Below are positions 9,686 through 20,464 of a stretch of DNA of 64,000 nt, piece after piece. Origin of the DNA: an uncultured delta proteobacterium (GTDB taxonomy: Bacteria > Desulfobacterota > WTBG01); the NCBI GenBank assembly GCA_963793865.1, contig CAWCBP010000014.1, forward strand, positions 192,001-256,000, written 5' to 3'. The notes below the pieces were generated by a model, which was given only the letters and a program-made list of their open reading frames with translations, was not told the DNA's origin and ran no database searches. Position 1 is the stretch's first letter, and each line of letters opens with the position of its first letter. A program made the position numbers and the translations under genes.

Positions 9686-10969
9686 CTATCCTTCGGTTGC
9701 GCGGGCGCTGCCGGTCTGTGTGCCGAGTGAACTGATAACCGCTTCAGCGGCACGGCGGCCTGAGACCATGGCCCACTGGATCGATGCTGCAGAGCCGTAT
9801 TCGCCGCAGACGAACAGACGGGGACGGATTTGAGCAGGTGCTGCGGCGGGATGTAAGACAGGCGGGATTTGTAGGGGTAATGCGTGAGGAATGCGGTAGA
9901 TGCGCAAATAATGCCAGCTGCTGACTTGCGGCCCGAACCATTCCTGCAACTGGGTCCTGACGCTCGTTTCCAGCTGCTGATCGTTCTGTCCGGGATTGCC
10001 TAAAACGCTTACACTGATAAGAGACCTGCCTCGTGGTGCATAGCCCGAAGCCACTCTGCTCGGTGAACAGAGACTGTTGATAGGTCCCCGTCCGTCGCCA
10101 TTAAGGATCAGGACGGGTTCTGACACCGGAGGTTCATCAGCACCGTAGTAGATGCAGCTTGCGCTGCGGGAGCCGGGAGTTGTTGCATCACCCAGAAGCC
10201 GGGCCGCTTCAGGTCCCTCGGTTGCCACAACCACCGCATGCGCCCTGATCTGTTCCCCGCCGGCGAGGGTCACACAATCATCCTGAATCGATGCGACTCG
10301 GGCCTCCGTGCGCACGCTTCCGGAGGGTAATCGTGCAGCAAGCTGCTTCGGAATGGCCTCCATTCCACCCGAAGGTAACGCCGTATCACCCATCGAAAAG
10401 AAGCGAAATCCGAATTCGAGCATCCGGCTGGAGACCCCGAGCGCCGGATCAAAGAAGACCCCTCCGATAAAAGGTCTGAAGAAGCGATCGATCATGCCTT
10501 CCGAAAAGCCGATGCTGCGCAGTGCCTGCATGGTCGTGGTTTCCGGTCGATGATAGAGATCATCAAGCGAACCGGCCAGGGCCTGTCGTCTGAGTTTCCC
10601 GATCCGGAGCTTGTCCGTGAAACTTCCTATGGGTGCGAAGATGCCGCGCAGGCCGTCCAGCGGGTGGCGCCAGGGATCTGCAAAACGGTAGAATCGATTC
10701 TTATAGCGGATCAAAGCGCCCGGATAGAAGCTGCAGAGATTGAGGGCATCATAGTCAAGCACATGTTGCGCCTCTGGATAGGCGGCCAACAGGACCTGGA
10801 ATCCATGGTCAAGTAAAAAACCATCCACCCTGTCGGTTTTAATCCTTCCACCTATCCGGTTGTCCGCCTCCAGCACCTGGAATGAAAGCCCGCCCTGATG
10901 CAATCGAAGTGCGCAGCACAAACCCGACAGCCCTCCGCCGATAATCAGAACATCAGCCCCGGATGCCAT
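9686..10969 (-). CDS. FAD-dependent oxidoreductase (amine oxidase / protoporphyrinogen oxidase-like family)
   Basis: IIGGGLSGL..A, EA..RIGGRI.TD..DGFLLDHGFQ, C-terminal SIQWAMVSGRRAA. Confidence 0.85.
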   Translation of the reverse strand: MASGADVLIIGGGLSGLCCALRLHQGGLSFQVLEADNRIGGRIKTDRVDGFLLDHGFQVLLAAYPEAQHVLDYDALNLCSFYPGALIRYKNRFYRFADPWRHPLDGLRGIFAPIGSFTDKLRIGKLRRQALAGSLDDLYHRPETTTMQALRSIGFSEGMIDRFFRPFIGGVFFDPALGVSSRMLEFGFRFFSMGDTALPSGGMEAIPKQLAARLPSGSVRTEARVASIQDDCVTLAGGEQIRAHAVVVATEGPEAARLLGDATTPGSRSASCIYYGADEPPVSEPVLILNGDGRGPINSLCSPSRVASGYAPRGRSLISVSVLGNPGQNDQQLETSVRTQLQEWFGPQVSSWHYLRIYRIPHALPLQIPPVLHPAAAPAQIRPRLFVCGEYGSAASIQWAMVSGRRAAEAVISSLGTQTGSARATEG

Positions 10970-11143
10970 TTCCTGTATCCTCCAATGCGAAAGCCGCATT
11001 TATTGGGATTGCCAAAATCAAATGAACCATGTAAAAATAGTATCCGAGCCGTTGGCGGGGTGTCAAGATGAAAAGAACGGTTCAGAGGAACCGATCTTTT
11101 CAAGTGCCGACACTTTTCTCAATCATGTATGGGGATGACGCGG

Positions 11144-11596
11144 ATGAAAAAAACAGCGCAGTTGAGGGCATTTCTCAAGGACCTTTTCGCTTCCCAGCGA
11201 CTGGCGGTCCTGGCCACGCAGAACAATGGGGCGCCCTACGGGAACCTCATCGCCTTTATGGCCACCGACGACCTGAAGCATATTCTCTTTGCCACGACCC
11301 GGGCCACCCGGAAGTATGACTATATGGCAAGCAATCCCCGGATTGCCCTGGTGGTGGACAACCGGTCCAACCGGGAAGCCGATTTCCATCAGGCCGCCGC
11401 GGTGACCGTCACGGGAGTCGTATCGGATGTGGAAGGAGCGGAACGGGAGCGGTTCCAAAAGCTGTATCTTGCAAAACATCCTTATCTCAAGGATTTTGTC
11501 TCCTCCCCCACCTGCGCGCTGTTGAAGGTTGATGTGGAAACCTACTACGTGGTGAGCCGGTTTCAAAATGTGGTGGAACTGCAGATACACCGATGA
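11144..11596 (+). CDS. Pyridoxamine 5'-phosphate oxidase-family (split-barrel) protein
   Basis: LAVLAT..GAPY..LIAF, FATTRATRK, NPRIALVVDNR. Confidence 0.85.
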   Translation: MKKTAQLRAFLKDLFASQRLAVLATQNNGAPYGNLIAFMATDDLKHILFATTRATRKYDYMASNPRIALVVDNRSNREADFHQAAAVTVTGVVSDVEGAERERFQKLYLAKHPYLKDFVSSPTCALLKVDVETYYVVSRFQNVVELQIHR

Positions 11597-13773
11597 ATTA
11601 CATGCTTGCGCTTCGCGAGATTGATGACCGGGACCGGAAAGAGGTTGGAGGAAAGGCACTGTCCCTTGCGCGCCTCTCCCGGATAGGAATGAATGTTCCG
11701 GAAGCGTATTGCGTAAAGGCAGCGGTCTATCGCGCATTTATCTCCGCCGCCGGTCTCAAGGAGCGCATCCTGCTGGAAATCAGCCGCAAGCCGTTTGGGG
11801 ACATGCGCTGGGAGGAGCTGTGGGACGCCTCCCTGCGGATTCGCAACATGTTCCTGCAGACGCCTCTTCCGCCGGAGATGACGCAGGCATTGCGGTTGAG
11901 CATAGAGGAAACATTCGGCGATAAAGCGGTTGTGGTCAGATCCTCCGCGCCCGGTGAGGATTCCGGTGAGACATCTTTTGCCGGCCTTCATGAGTCTTAC
12001 GTCAACGTGCGCGGGCCTGAGGCCATCCTGGAACACATGCGGCTGGTGTGGGCATCGTTATGGTCGGATGCCGCGCTCCTGTACCGGCAGGAATTGGGCC
12101 TGGACATTGAAAAGAGTTCCATGGCTGTGCTCATCCAGGAGATTGTTAATGGGGATCGATCCGGCGTTGCCTTTGGAAAGAATCCTCATGATGGAGCGCA
12201 GGCGGTGATCGAGGCGGTTTATGGGCTGAACACGGGTCTGGTAGACGGCACGGTAGAGCCGGACCGATGGATACTCGACCGCCGCACCGGGAAAATACTT
12301 TCTCACCGACCTGTCGTCCGGGAGAAATCCGTAAGGCCTGCATCCGAGGGCATCCGCCTCGAACCACTGGCACCCGCTCTGTCAGAGAAGCCGCCTCTGA
12401 ATGAAGACGAGATTGGGAGCATCTTCGGCCGGGTATGCCGGGCTGAGGAACATTTCGGGGCGCCCCAGGATGTGGAGTGGACGTACCGGGGAGACGAACT
12501 GTTTATTCTCCAATCCCGCCCCATCACCACTGTTTCCTCTGAATCGTCGGAAGACAGGAGGCCATGGCATCTCAGCCTGCGCAGAAGTTTCGAAAACCTC
12601 AAGGCCCTGCGCACGAGAATTGAAGAAGAATTAATCCCGGCCATGACCGACGATGCCGATCGGCTTGCAGACGTTGATTATACCATGCTTTCCGATGCAC
12701 AACTGGCTGATGAAATTGCCCGGCGAAGGGATATGCGCGAGCATTGGATTTCAGTCTATTGGAGCGATTTCATTCCCTTTGCCCACGGGATGCGCCTGTT
12801 CGGCCAGTTTTACAATGACCGGGTAAAACCGGAAGACCCGTATGAGTTTATGGATCTGCTTGGCAGCGGATCTCTGCAAAGCCTGGAACGTAATCAGCAG
12901 CTTGAAGCAATGGCACAGATGATTCGAGAAGATCCTTCGCTCGCTTTCCGTTTGAGGGAGGGCACGGTTGATGAGGGCGGCGACTTCCAGAGACGATTGG
13001 ATGCGTTTATCCGGCAGTTCGGAGATCTTTCCTGTTCCATTGGTGAGCAGACGCAGTGTCTTCAGGGTCCCCAAGGGATTATCAGGATTTTACTTACCAT
13101 GGCGTCACGGCAACCGGTGAACAGAAGACGTGTATCGCATGATCTCAGCACGCTCACGTCCGGCTTTCTTTCCCGTTTTGAAGGTAAAGAAAGGGAATTT
13201 GCCGCTGAACTGCTTGACCTGGGCCGGGCGAGTTATCGGTTGCGGGATGATGATAACATCTATCTTGACAGGATTGAGCGGGAAGTGATTGCTGCCGCGG
13301 AGGAGGGAAGACGCAGAATCGAAAAACGCTGCAGTATGAAAGTTGATTCTTCAGATCCCGATGAAATCATGCGAGCGCTGCAAGACCCGCATTACATTCC
13401 GGCAAAGCGCTCCGCTGCTGAAGAGATACAGCCTTCCTCCGGGCTGAAGCTGCGGCAAATCGTCGGTCAACCTGCGGGTCCCGGCATTACAAAAGGCAAG
13501 GCGAGGGTTATTCTGAGCCCATCAGATATCTTTGCCTTTGAATCAGGGGAGATTCTGGTCTGTGATGCCATTGAGCCCACCATGACCTTTGTGGTTCCTC
13601 TGGCATCGGGAATCATAGAGCGCAGGGGCGGGATGCTGATTCACGGGGCCATCATCGCTCGCGAGTATGGCATTCCCTGCGTAACCGGGATTCCCGATGC
13701 CACCTCTCTGATCCGTACCGGAGATGTGGTTACGGTGGACGGATATTTGGGAATCGTCATAGTCGGCGCGTGA
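11593..13773 (+). CDS. PEP-utilising / pyruvate-phosphate dikinase-type protein (ATP-grasp N-terminus, C-terminal His swivel domain; rifampicin phosphotransferase-like layout)
   Basis: VGGKA, VRSSAPGEDS..SFAG, QDVEW, LQSRPIT, GGMLIHGAIIAREYGIP. Confidence 0.85.
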   Translation: MNYMLALREIDDRDRKEVGGKALSLARLSRIGMNVPEAYCVKAAVYRAFISAAGLKERILLEISRKPFGDMRWEELWDASLRIRNMFLQTPLPPEMTQALRLSIEETFGDKAVVVRSSAPGEDSGETSFAGLHESYVNVRGPEAILEHMRLVWASLWSDAALLYRQELGLDIEKSSMAVLIQEIVNGDRSGVAFGKNPHDGAQAVIEAVYGLNTGLVDGTVEPDRWILDRRTGKILSHRPVVREKSVRPASEGIRLEPLAPALSEKPPLNEDEIGSIFGRVCRAEEHFGAPQDVEWTYRGDELFILQSRPITTVSSESSEDRRPWHLSLRRSFENLKALRTRIEEELIPAMTDDADRLADVDYTMLSDAQLADEIARRRDMREHWISVYWSDFIPFAHGMRLFGQFYNDRVKPEDPYEFMDLLGSGSLQSLERNQQLEAMAQMIREDPSLAFRLREGTVDEGGDFQRRLDAFIRQFGDLSCSIGEQTQCLQGPQGIIRILLTMASRQPVNRRRVSHDLSTLTSGFLSRFEGKEREFAAELLDLGRASYRLRDDDNIYLDRIEREVIAAAEEGRRRIEKRCSMKVDSSDPDEIMRALQDPHYIPAKRSAAEEIQPSSGLKLRQIVGQPAGPGITKGKARVILSPSDIFAFESGEILVCDAIEPTMTFVVPLASGIIERRGGMLIHGAIIAREYGIPCVTGIPDATSLIRTGDVVTVDGYLGIVIVGA

Positions 13774-13964
13774 GGTTCATCCCGCGGTTCTTTACTAATT
13801 GATTTCTCCTTGATAGGAAGGCAGGTTCGGGAACAGCTATGCATTGGCAAAACCTGAGGAGGTAGCAGGGAAGGGGGGACGTTGATGCAGAGGGTGCTTT
13901 GCGGGAAAGAGGTGCAGCCAGCAACAGCGAACATATCGCGCCTGAATGCGCTGCGGGCATAATT

Positions 13965-15251
13965 TCAAATGCCGCGGCGCCCTGCTGTTGCTGATAGCGT
14001 GTACGGTTGAAATCCTTCGCCCTTCATGGTGCATCTGCTCTTATACGCTTCATAGGCGTCTACATTATTTACACAGCCGGGATACTGAATGGGGAACGGC
14101 AATGACTCCATGGCGGTCTTGCTGATTTCGTGGGAAAGGAATCTTCCTTTTGCGGTGAAGCAACCGTTCTCGGTATAACCACACAGGTTTAAGCACGCCG
14201 CAAAGGTACGCAGATACCAGGGCAGGCTGACGGATGCATCAATATTTAAGTCATACATCATTTTTGATAAAGCACGCATATGCTTATTGCTCCCGCTACC
14301 GGTTGATAAAAATCCCATGCGTTTAGCATCAGCCATTGCCTGTAAATACACCGGGATTTCAGGATTCATCATTCGGGCAGTGCCATATGCCGAATATGCC
14401 CCGGCACCAAAACCAATATAATCTATGGCCAGTTCATTGCCGGACGAATCATACACCTCACCAGTATCCTCCCGGCTGAGAATCCATGCGGTTCTTCTGA
14501 TGTAGCCTCGTTCCGCCAGCCGTGCGCTGATGCGTTCAATATGCTCAAATTGGTCCATGGAAGAGAAAGAAGGTGTGAACGGCACACGCTTGCCTTTCAC
14601 CTGTACGATTGGATAAAGAGCAATTTGGTCAGGTGCAATGCGCTCGATTGCTGAAACATCATCGGCAAGAGATGCTTCGGTTTGCCCGGGCAAGCCGATC
14701 ATAAAGTCCAGGCTGGTCCACAGGCCTATGGACCGGGCATGTTCAACCACATCACTGATAAACCAGGATGGCGCGTTCTTTCTGCCGGTTTTTTTTAGGG
14801 GCTCCGCGGCAAAAGACTCGATGCCCATGCTGATTTTTGAAAAGCCCATATGCTTTAAGCCGTCCAGGTACTCTTTGGTCAAAAGAGACGGCAGAAGCTC
14901 AATGGCGTAGTACGATGCAGTAATATATTTTTGCAAGCACGCAATGATTTCATTGAGTGAAGCAAGCGAAAGGCAATTCGGGGTGCCTCCGCCAAAATAG
15001 ACCCACCGGGCATGTCCTGCCGGCTTGCACAATTTGATCTCTTGCAGTACCGCCGCTGTATAATCAGATTGGCTGTATTTGCTGAACCGTTCGCTGTAAA
15101 AAGCGCAAAACGAACAACGCTGGATGCAAAGCGGTATATTAACATAGACGCCGAAAGCATCTGGCACATTGATTTCCGGAAGCTCAGTAAACTGATAGCT
15201 TATTTTTGAAAGCTTTTTTTTCAGCATCAGACAAAATAATTTTTCAATCAT
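13965..15251 (-). CDS. HemN/HemW-like (class C-type) radical SAM protein
   Basis: YVNIPLCIQRCSFC (CxxxCxxC), VYFGGGTP, DFMIGLPGQT, YIGFGAGA. Confidence 0.85.
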   Translation of the reverse strand: MIEKLFCLMLKKKLSKISYQFTELPEINVPDAFGVYVNIPLCIQRCSFCAFYSERFSKYSQSDYTAAVLQEIKLCKPAGHARWVYFGGGTPNCLSLASLNEIIACLQKYITASYYAIELLPSLLTKEYLDGLKHMGFSKISMGIESFAAEPLKKTGRKNAPSWFISDVVEHARSIGLWTSLDFMIGLPGQTEASLADDVSAIERIAPDQIALYPIVQVKGKRVPFTPSFSSMDQFEHIERISARLAERGYIRRTAWILSREDTGEVYDSSGNELAIDYIGFGAGAYSAYGTARMMNPEIPVYLQAMADAKRMGFLSTGSGSNKHMRALSKMMYDLNIDASVSLPWYLRTFAACLNLCGYTENGCFTAKGRFLSHEISKTAMESLPFPIQYPGCVNNVDAYEAYKSRCTMKGEGFQPYTLSATAGRRGI

Positions 15252-15380
15252 CCATTATTCTCCGGAATGAAAGAGAATCCCCTGACCCGCCATACAGCAG
15301 ATCAGGGGACGCCGTTTTTTATCCACCGACAGACGATGCAGTCCCTTTTCCACGGGGATGCATCATTTTCCATGACATTA

Positions 15381-15535
15381 CAGGCAGGTCTTCTGGCTTC
15401 CGGATCTTCCCTCGGGCTGCGCCTTCCCGTCATTTCCGACAGTGGCATGATGCAGCGTCAGTCCCCGGTTACAGCGACGGGTCCGCGACGGATTTACACC
15501 GTCTTCCCTTTTAAACCTCTCTGGGTTCCCGTAAG
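15381..15535 (-). ncRNA. Cobalamin (AdoCbl) riboswitch
   Basis: Minus strand reads AAAAGGGAAGACGGTGTAAATCCGTCGCGGACCCGTCGCTGTAA...GCCACTG...GGGAAGG...AGCCAGAAGACCTGCC, the consensus B12-element motifs. Confidence 0.95.
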
Positions 15536-15571
15536 TAGTTTTTTAGGGCGCATTTGCCTTGCGCCGAGGAA

Positions 15572-15600
15572 ACTATAGGCGGGTCAGGTGTATATGTCAA
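15572..15600 (-). promoter_or_regulatory. Sigma70 promoter for the riboswitch and radical SAM gene
   Basis: TTGACA-17 nt-TATAGT on the minus strand. Confidence 0.8.
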
Positions 15601-15622
15601 TACAAAATTTGAAATAAACAAG

Positions 15623-15697
15623 GGGGTCGGGTCTCAATATTCAACATTTTATTTCAAAGCGATACCACGCATGTGTTGAATGTTGAGACCTGACCCC
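15623..15697. repeat. REP-like inverted repeat
   Basis: ggggtcgggtctcaatattcaaca ... tgttgaatgttgagacctgacccc. Confidence 0.7.
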
Positions 15698-15711
15698 ATG
15701 ACAATACGCCC

Positions 15712-16191
15712 CTATTTTTCGGCAATTTTTTCAGCCAGCGCAAAGAGTTCTTTGAGGGATTCGGGAGTTGCAAAGCCCTGTCCCTGCCATCGGATGATTC
15801 CCTCCTTGTCCAGCAGAAAGGCATAACCGTAACGTGGCTCAAGGTTCAATTCTTTCATGTATTTTTCCACATCACCGTACATGGTCACGACATTTTTATG
15901 CTTTTCCCTGGGGATGCCGCCGCGCATGCCGCTGTCAATGATAATCCGCATGAATCTATATCCCGAGGAAATCATCGGCACCTCGTAAAAGGTGAACCCA
16001 TCCTTACCGCCAAATCGTTCGGCAAATGGCCCAAGCCATGAATCAAGCTGTGGCTGACTCTGCTGCAGGAAGGCAACAGCGATAAGCGCAACTTTCCCCT
16101 TGGCTGACTCGGGGATGGATTCGCGGGTTTTTGCCAGTGACTCCGCAGTGACTTCAGGAAATTTTTTTCCAATATTAGGGTTTGCTTGCAT
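15712..16191 (-). CDS. ATP10-like thioredoxin-fold protein
   Basis: LIAVAF..SQPQLDSW, DSGMRGGIP, AFLLDKEGIIRWQGQGFAT. Confidence 0.65.
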   Translation of the reverse strand: MQANPNIGKKFPEVTAESLAKTRESIPESAKGKVALIAVAFLQQSQPQLDSWLGPFAERFGGKDGFTFYEVPMISSGYRFMRIIIDSGMRGGIPREKHKNVVTMYGDVEKYMKELNLEPRYGYAFLLDKEGIIRWQGQGFATPESLKELFALAEKIAEK

Positions 16192-16364
16192 CGGTCATGA
16201 TGGTCCCTCCTCTCTGGTTGTTCGATCTTGTGCGAATGACTTTGTCTAAGGATGTGTCAGAAAAACTGCTTGCCAGCACCATGTCCGGCGCCAAGTACCA
16301 TAACTAAACAATTTCTAGCAAAGTAATGAGCAGACATTTTTAACTCCTGATAGAGAAGATAAAG

Positions 16365-18319
16365 CTACTGTTCAATCTCCCTGACCGCGTTAAACCCTCC
16401 CCATACGGCATCCATAATTGTGCCCGGTTCCCTGCAGTCACCGATGCTCATAACCTTTGGGTCGTCGGCAAACGACCTGCTGAGTTCGTTTTGTGAAAAC
16501 AGGCGACCGGCAAAAACGAGGCTGTCCATCGGTATCCTCTTCTCCGCGCCCAGCTGATCCGCCACCACTCCGTCACCGTCCAGCCGTAAAGGGATCGTGC
16601 CGCGCAACACGGTGATGTTTTTTTCTTCCCGCAGCATCCTGAGAAGCATTTCGCGATTGTGGATATCCATGATATTGGTATCAAGTTCAGCGGAATCCTC
16701 CCGCGCACAGAGCGTAACCAGCTTACCCCGTCTGGCCAGATAAAGGGCGGTTTCACACCCGGTGACCCCGGCGCCCATGATCAGGATTCTTTCTCCGTCG
16801 GGCTCCTTGCCGGACAAAACCTGAATGGTTGTCAGCACGTTACCTTCCTCAATGGGGGAGGGCTCCATGCCTGCGCCGGTGGCGAGGATGACGTAATCGG
16901 CGGCGAAGCTGCTTATAGCTTCGACGGTTGCCCGCCTGTTCAGCACAACATCAATGGCTAAACGGCCCGCAAGCTCCCTCAGGTAACTGAGATAATCAGC
17001 ATATATCCCGTTTGAAATCAGGCCTTGAGGCGGGCCACAAATTACCCCCCAATCGGTCAGACGACTTCCCACAGGGTAACCGCAAAGCCCCGCTGCACGC
17101 CCACCCGCGCTGCTTCAACGCCGGCCGGGCCGCCTCCGACCACGAGGAGGGTGCGCTTTTGTTTGAGCGGGATCAGCGGCCTATCGGTTTCATGTCCGCA
17201 GACCGGGTTGAGCGCGCAGCTGGTCGGCTCTCCGGCGATCATCTGCCACAGGCAACCCTCATGGCAGCCAATGCAGGGCATCATCTCCGCAGTTCTGCCG
17301 CGTTGCACCTTATTGACCCATTCCGGCTCCGCCAGCAGGCCTCTGCCGATGGCAATAAAGTCGGCTTTTCCCTCGGAGAGCGCCCGCTCAGCCACCTCCG
17401 GGTATTGCAAACGACCGACGGATATGACCGGCAGACTGCAAACCTTTTTGACCTTCGCAGCCAGATCCACCATGCAGCCCGGCGGCTGATACTGGGGGGG
17501 ATGGGGCCACCAGCCGGTTTCGTAACAGCCCGCGTCAACATGCAAAGCGTCAACCCCCATTTTCTCCAGCTCTGCCGCAATCCACAATCCTTCTTCCTCC
17601 TCCCGGCCGCCTTCGAGATGATGCTTTATTCCAAAGCGGTAGATGATGGGAAAATCAGCGCCGGCATCGCGCTTGATGGCCTGAATCGCTTCCCGGGCAA
17701 AGGTAAGCCGCTTTTCCCGCGACCCGCCATAGCGGTCATCGCGCCGGTTCCAGAGGCCGGTCATAAACTGGTCAAGCAGATAGCCCTCGTGGCCGTGCAG
17801 TTCAACGCAGTCGGCTCCCGCCTCGCGGCAACGCATGGCAGCGTAGCCAAAAGCCGCGGACAATGCCGCTGCTTCTTCAGTGGTGAGCGCCCGGCTGTTC
17901 AAATCAGCATAATCAGGCACATAAAAGTTGGTGTTCTCCGAAGCGGAAACCGGTTTCACGCCGTCGGGCACGACAAAAGGCGGGACAACCCGGCCAAATC
18001 CGGCGGTGAGCTGCATGCTCAGCCGGCAATCATGGGCATGAAGCCGATCCGCCAGCTTGCGCACGGCCGCGACATGCGTATCATTTGCCATGCTGAGCAG
18101 TCCTTCTGAACAGGGTTCCAGCGCCCGTGAAACGAATACCATCTCGGTGGTAATCATGCCGACACCGCCTGCGGCGCGGGTGCCGTAGTAAGCCCGTACC
18201 CGCTCACCCCAGTATTCCTCTGAGCCGGCATCACATGTCCCGCGGATGCCCATGGCCGCCATGATAATGCGGTTTTTAATGGTAAGCTTACCGATATGTC
18301 CCGGTTCCAAAAGTTTCAT
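16365..18319 (-). CDS. NADH:flavin oxidoreductase (OYE / enoate reductase-type, FeS-FAD), broken by two +1 frameshifts near 17063 and 17003
   Basis: ELHGHEGYLLDQF, CIGCHEGC...CALNP, VVGGGPAG. Removing two bases restores WE.SDRLGGNLWPA..PDFKRDI.DY as in the intact paralogue at 26197. Confidence 0.85.
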
Positions 18320-18344
18320 AAAGAATCCAGTTCGTATTTTTTAT

Positions 18345-18672
18345 TGGATCCTGCGATCAAGTCGCAGGATGACAGTTGGTGACGGAGGGCCATGCTCTGC
18401 CATGGCCATATACACAATTCGGACGCGACGGAGCGCGTCCCTCCTTGTCATTCTTATCCAGATGTAGAGGCAGCCGGCCGGTTGCCTCTACAAAGCGGAT
18501 ATTACTTTCGAATGAAACCCTTATGCCCCTTCGGGGCGCCACAAATCATGAAAACTGGTTTCAGTACTCTGTTTCCCCCTCACCTCAATCCTCTCCCCCG
18601 GGGAGAGGAGGTTTAAAAGGTTCCCTCTACCCTCCGGGGAGGGTTAGGGTGAGGGGGCACAATCTATTTTCG
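18345..18672. repeat. Cluster of REP-like hairpins; composite block repeated at about 28240-28580
   Basis: Shared gcgtccctcc..gtagaggca.cc.gccggttgc..ctac..gcccct.cggg.cgccac.aa.catgaaaa and gagggttagggtgagggg..aatctattttcg. Confidence 0.75.
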
Positions 18673-18674
18673 TG

Positions 18675-20423
18675 TCAATATTCCATCAGGAGCTCGGTTA
18701 CGGGTATTGATAACTCCAATAGCTTTCTCGCGGGATATTTGATCCAGGTGTTGCGGTCAAAAAATGCGACTACCCTTTGACCGTTGTTGTAATACAGGTT
18801 AATGAGTTTTTCCCCGGCAGCGCTTTTTGCCAGTACCGTATCGCGAAATTGGTGTAATGTGACGATACCTTTATTATCTGCACCCAAAAGTAAAGATGCC
18901 GGACAGGCATTATCTTTGAACTGATCAAGAAAATCCAGGGTGCTATTAACAATTATCCGCTGCTGTTTTTCCCTGGAAATATCAGCCGGGTTGTCACCAT
19001 CCTGAACATAATTCTCATTGACGCCATCCCAGTAGTAACCACACTGGGTATGGTTTCCTCCCTCGATCTCCACAAACGGCGTGCCTTCAGGAAGATACTC
19101 TGCTCCGGCCCTGATCTCATCCGGGTGACCATCATTGGTGCCGTAAATGGAGATTGCTTTAAGGTCCGTGCCGTCCAGGCGGCAATTCCCCGGCGGCCAG
19201 GCAGCCCAGAGCACCACTCCGTCAATGCTCTCCAGATGGCCATAGGCATAACAGGCGGCGAAAGAGCCGCCGATAGAATGCCCGCCGATTATCCATGTTT
19301 TGATGTCGCTGTAATCACTGATGACCTGTCTGCCCTGATCGGCGCTGAGCACGGCAAGGTCACCCACCATCTTTACAATCACCACCAAGTAACCTTGTGC
19401 CGCAATGGCGCGGGCGGGGGGCGCGTATGCCCGCGGGTCAACCAGCCCTCCCGGATAAAAGATAAACCCTATAGTCGGGTTGGCATGTTTTGGCTTAAAG
19501 GCAAAATAAAAGTTTGACCCTTCTTCCCACTCCGCCACTTCCACCGTCGACACATCCACACGCAAATCCGATTCCATGGCCTCCAACGCTTCAGGCATTG
19601 GCGGGTGAGTTTCTCCCAGTTGCGTATTAAACTGCGTCAGAAAATCCGAGGTAACCTTTACAATTATTTCCTGCTGCTCTTCAATGGTGATGGTCGCGGC
19701 ATTGTCCAGTTCCAGATAAGCATTGGGGGAGGGGTCAATCCATCCGAACTGGGTGTGATTTCCGCCTTCAATTTCCACAAAGACCGTGTCCGCGGGCAGA
19801 ACAACAGCGTTTTCCATTACCTGTTCAGGTGTTGCCCTGCCGTCCAGAGAGCCGTAAACCGAAAGGACCTTGAGCGCCGTCTCATTCAACTTGCTCGATG
19901 GATCTGCAAACGATGCCCATATGACTACACCGCTGATGGTATCAGATTGTACGGCATAATTGCCGGCTGCCGTGCCTCCGACTGAATGTCCGCCTATGAC
20001 CCATGTTTCAATGTTTCCATAGTCCTCGATGATTTTATCCGCTCTGGTATACCCGAACATTGCAATGCAGGAAGGCATGGGGATAATGCAGGTAAAAAAT
20101 CCCTTTGCGGCAATGGCATGGGCAGCGGGAGCGTAGGACCGGGGATCGCAGTTGCCGCCCGGAAGTATTATGAAGCCGACCGTCGGCGGTGTTTTCTTAG
20201 GCATGAAGGCATAATAGATGTTGTCATCTTCCGGGGCCGGAGTCGCGCCGTCCCAGCTTTCCACCTCTACGACTGAGACCGCTACCGTAGCGCTTGAAGT
20301 CAGGGCATCCAGGGCCTCCGGCAGGGGCGGGCGCAGACATTCAATGGCGTTTGCAACATGAAAGCCGAGCAGCACCATTAAAATAGATATTGATGCAATA
20401 ATCAGTTTATGGGTTTTTTTCAT
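18675..20423 (-). CDS. Secreted tandem alpha/beta hydrolase with a C-terminal CFI-box-CTERM-like domain
   Basis: Two GGHSxGG nucleophile motifs and two IEGGNHTQ motifs; C-terminal CPA..L...FRD.VL..S..G..LI.LYY. Confidence 0.8.
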   Translation of the reverse strand: MKKTHKLIIASISILMVLLGFHVANAIECLRPPLPEALDALTSSATVAVSVVEVESWDGATPAPEDDNIYYAFMPKKTPPTVGFIILPGGNCDPRSYAPAAHAIAAKGFFTCIIPMPSCIAMFGYTRADKIIEDYGNIETWVIGGHSVGGTAAGNYAVQSDTISGVVIWASFADPSSKLNETALKVLSVYGSLDGRATPEQVMENAVVLPADTVFVEIEGGNHTQFGWIDPSPNAYLELDNAATITIEEQQEIIVKVTSDFLTQFNTQLGETHPPMPEALEAMESDLRVDVSTVEVAEWEEGSNFYFAFKPKHANPTIGFIFYPGGLVDPRAYAPPARAIAAQGYLVVIVKMVGDLAVLSADQGRQVISDYSDIKTWIIGGHSIGGSFAACYAYGHLESIDGVVLWAAWPPGNCRLDGTDLKAISIYGTNDGHPDEIRAGAEYLPEGTPFVEIEGGNHTQCGYYWDGVNENYVQDGDNPADISREKQQRIIVNSTLDFLDQFKDNACPASLLLGADNKGIVTLHQFRDTVLAKSAAGEKLINLYYNNGQRVVAFFDRNTWIKYPARKLLELSIPVTELLMEY

Positions 20424-20464
20424 GCAATGTTCTCCTGGGTTTATTTCAGTCGTGCCGCAGCCGT

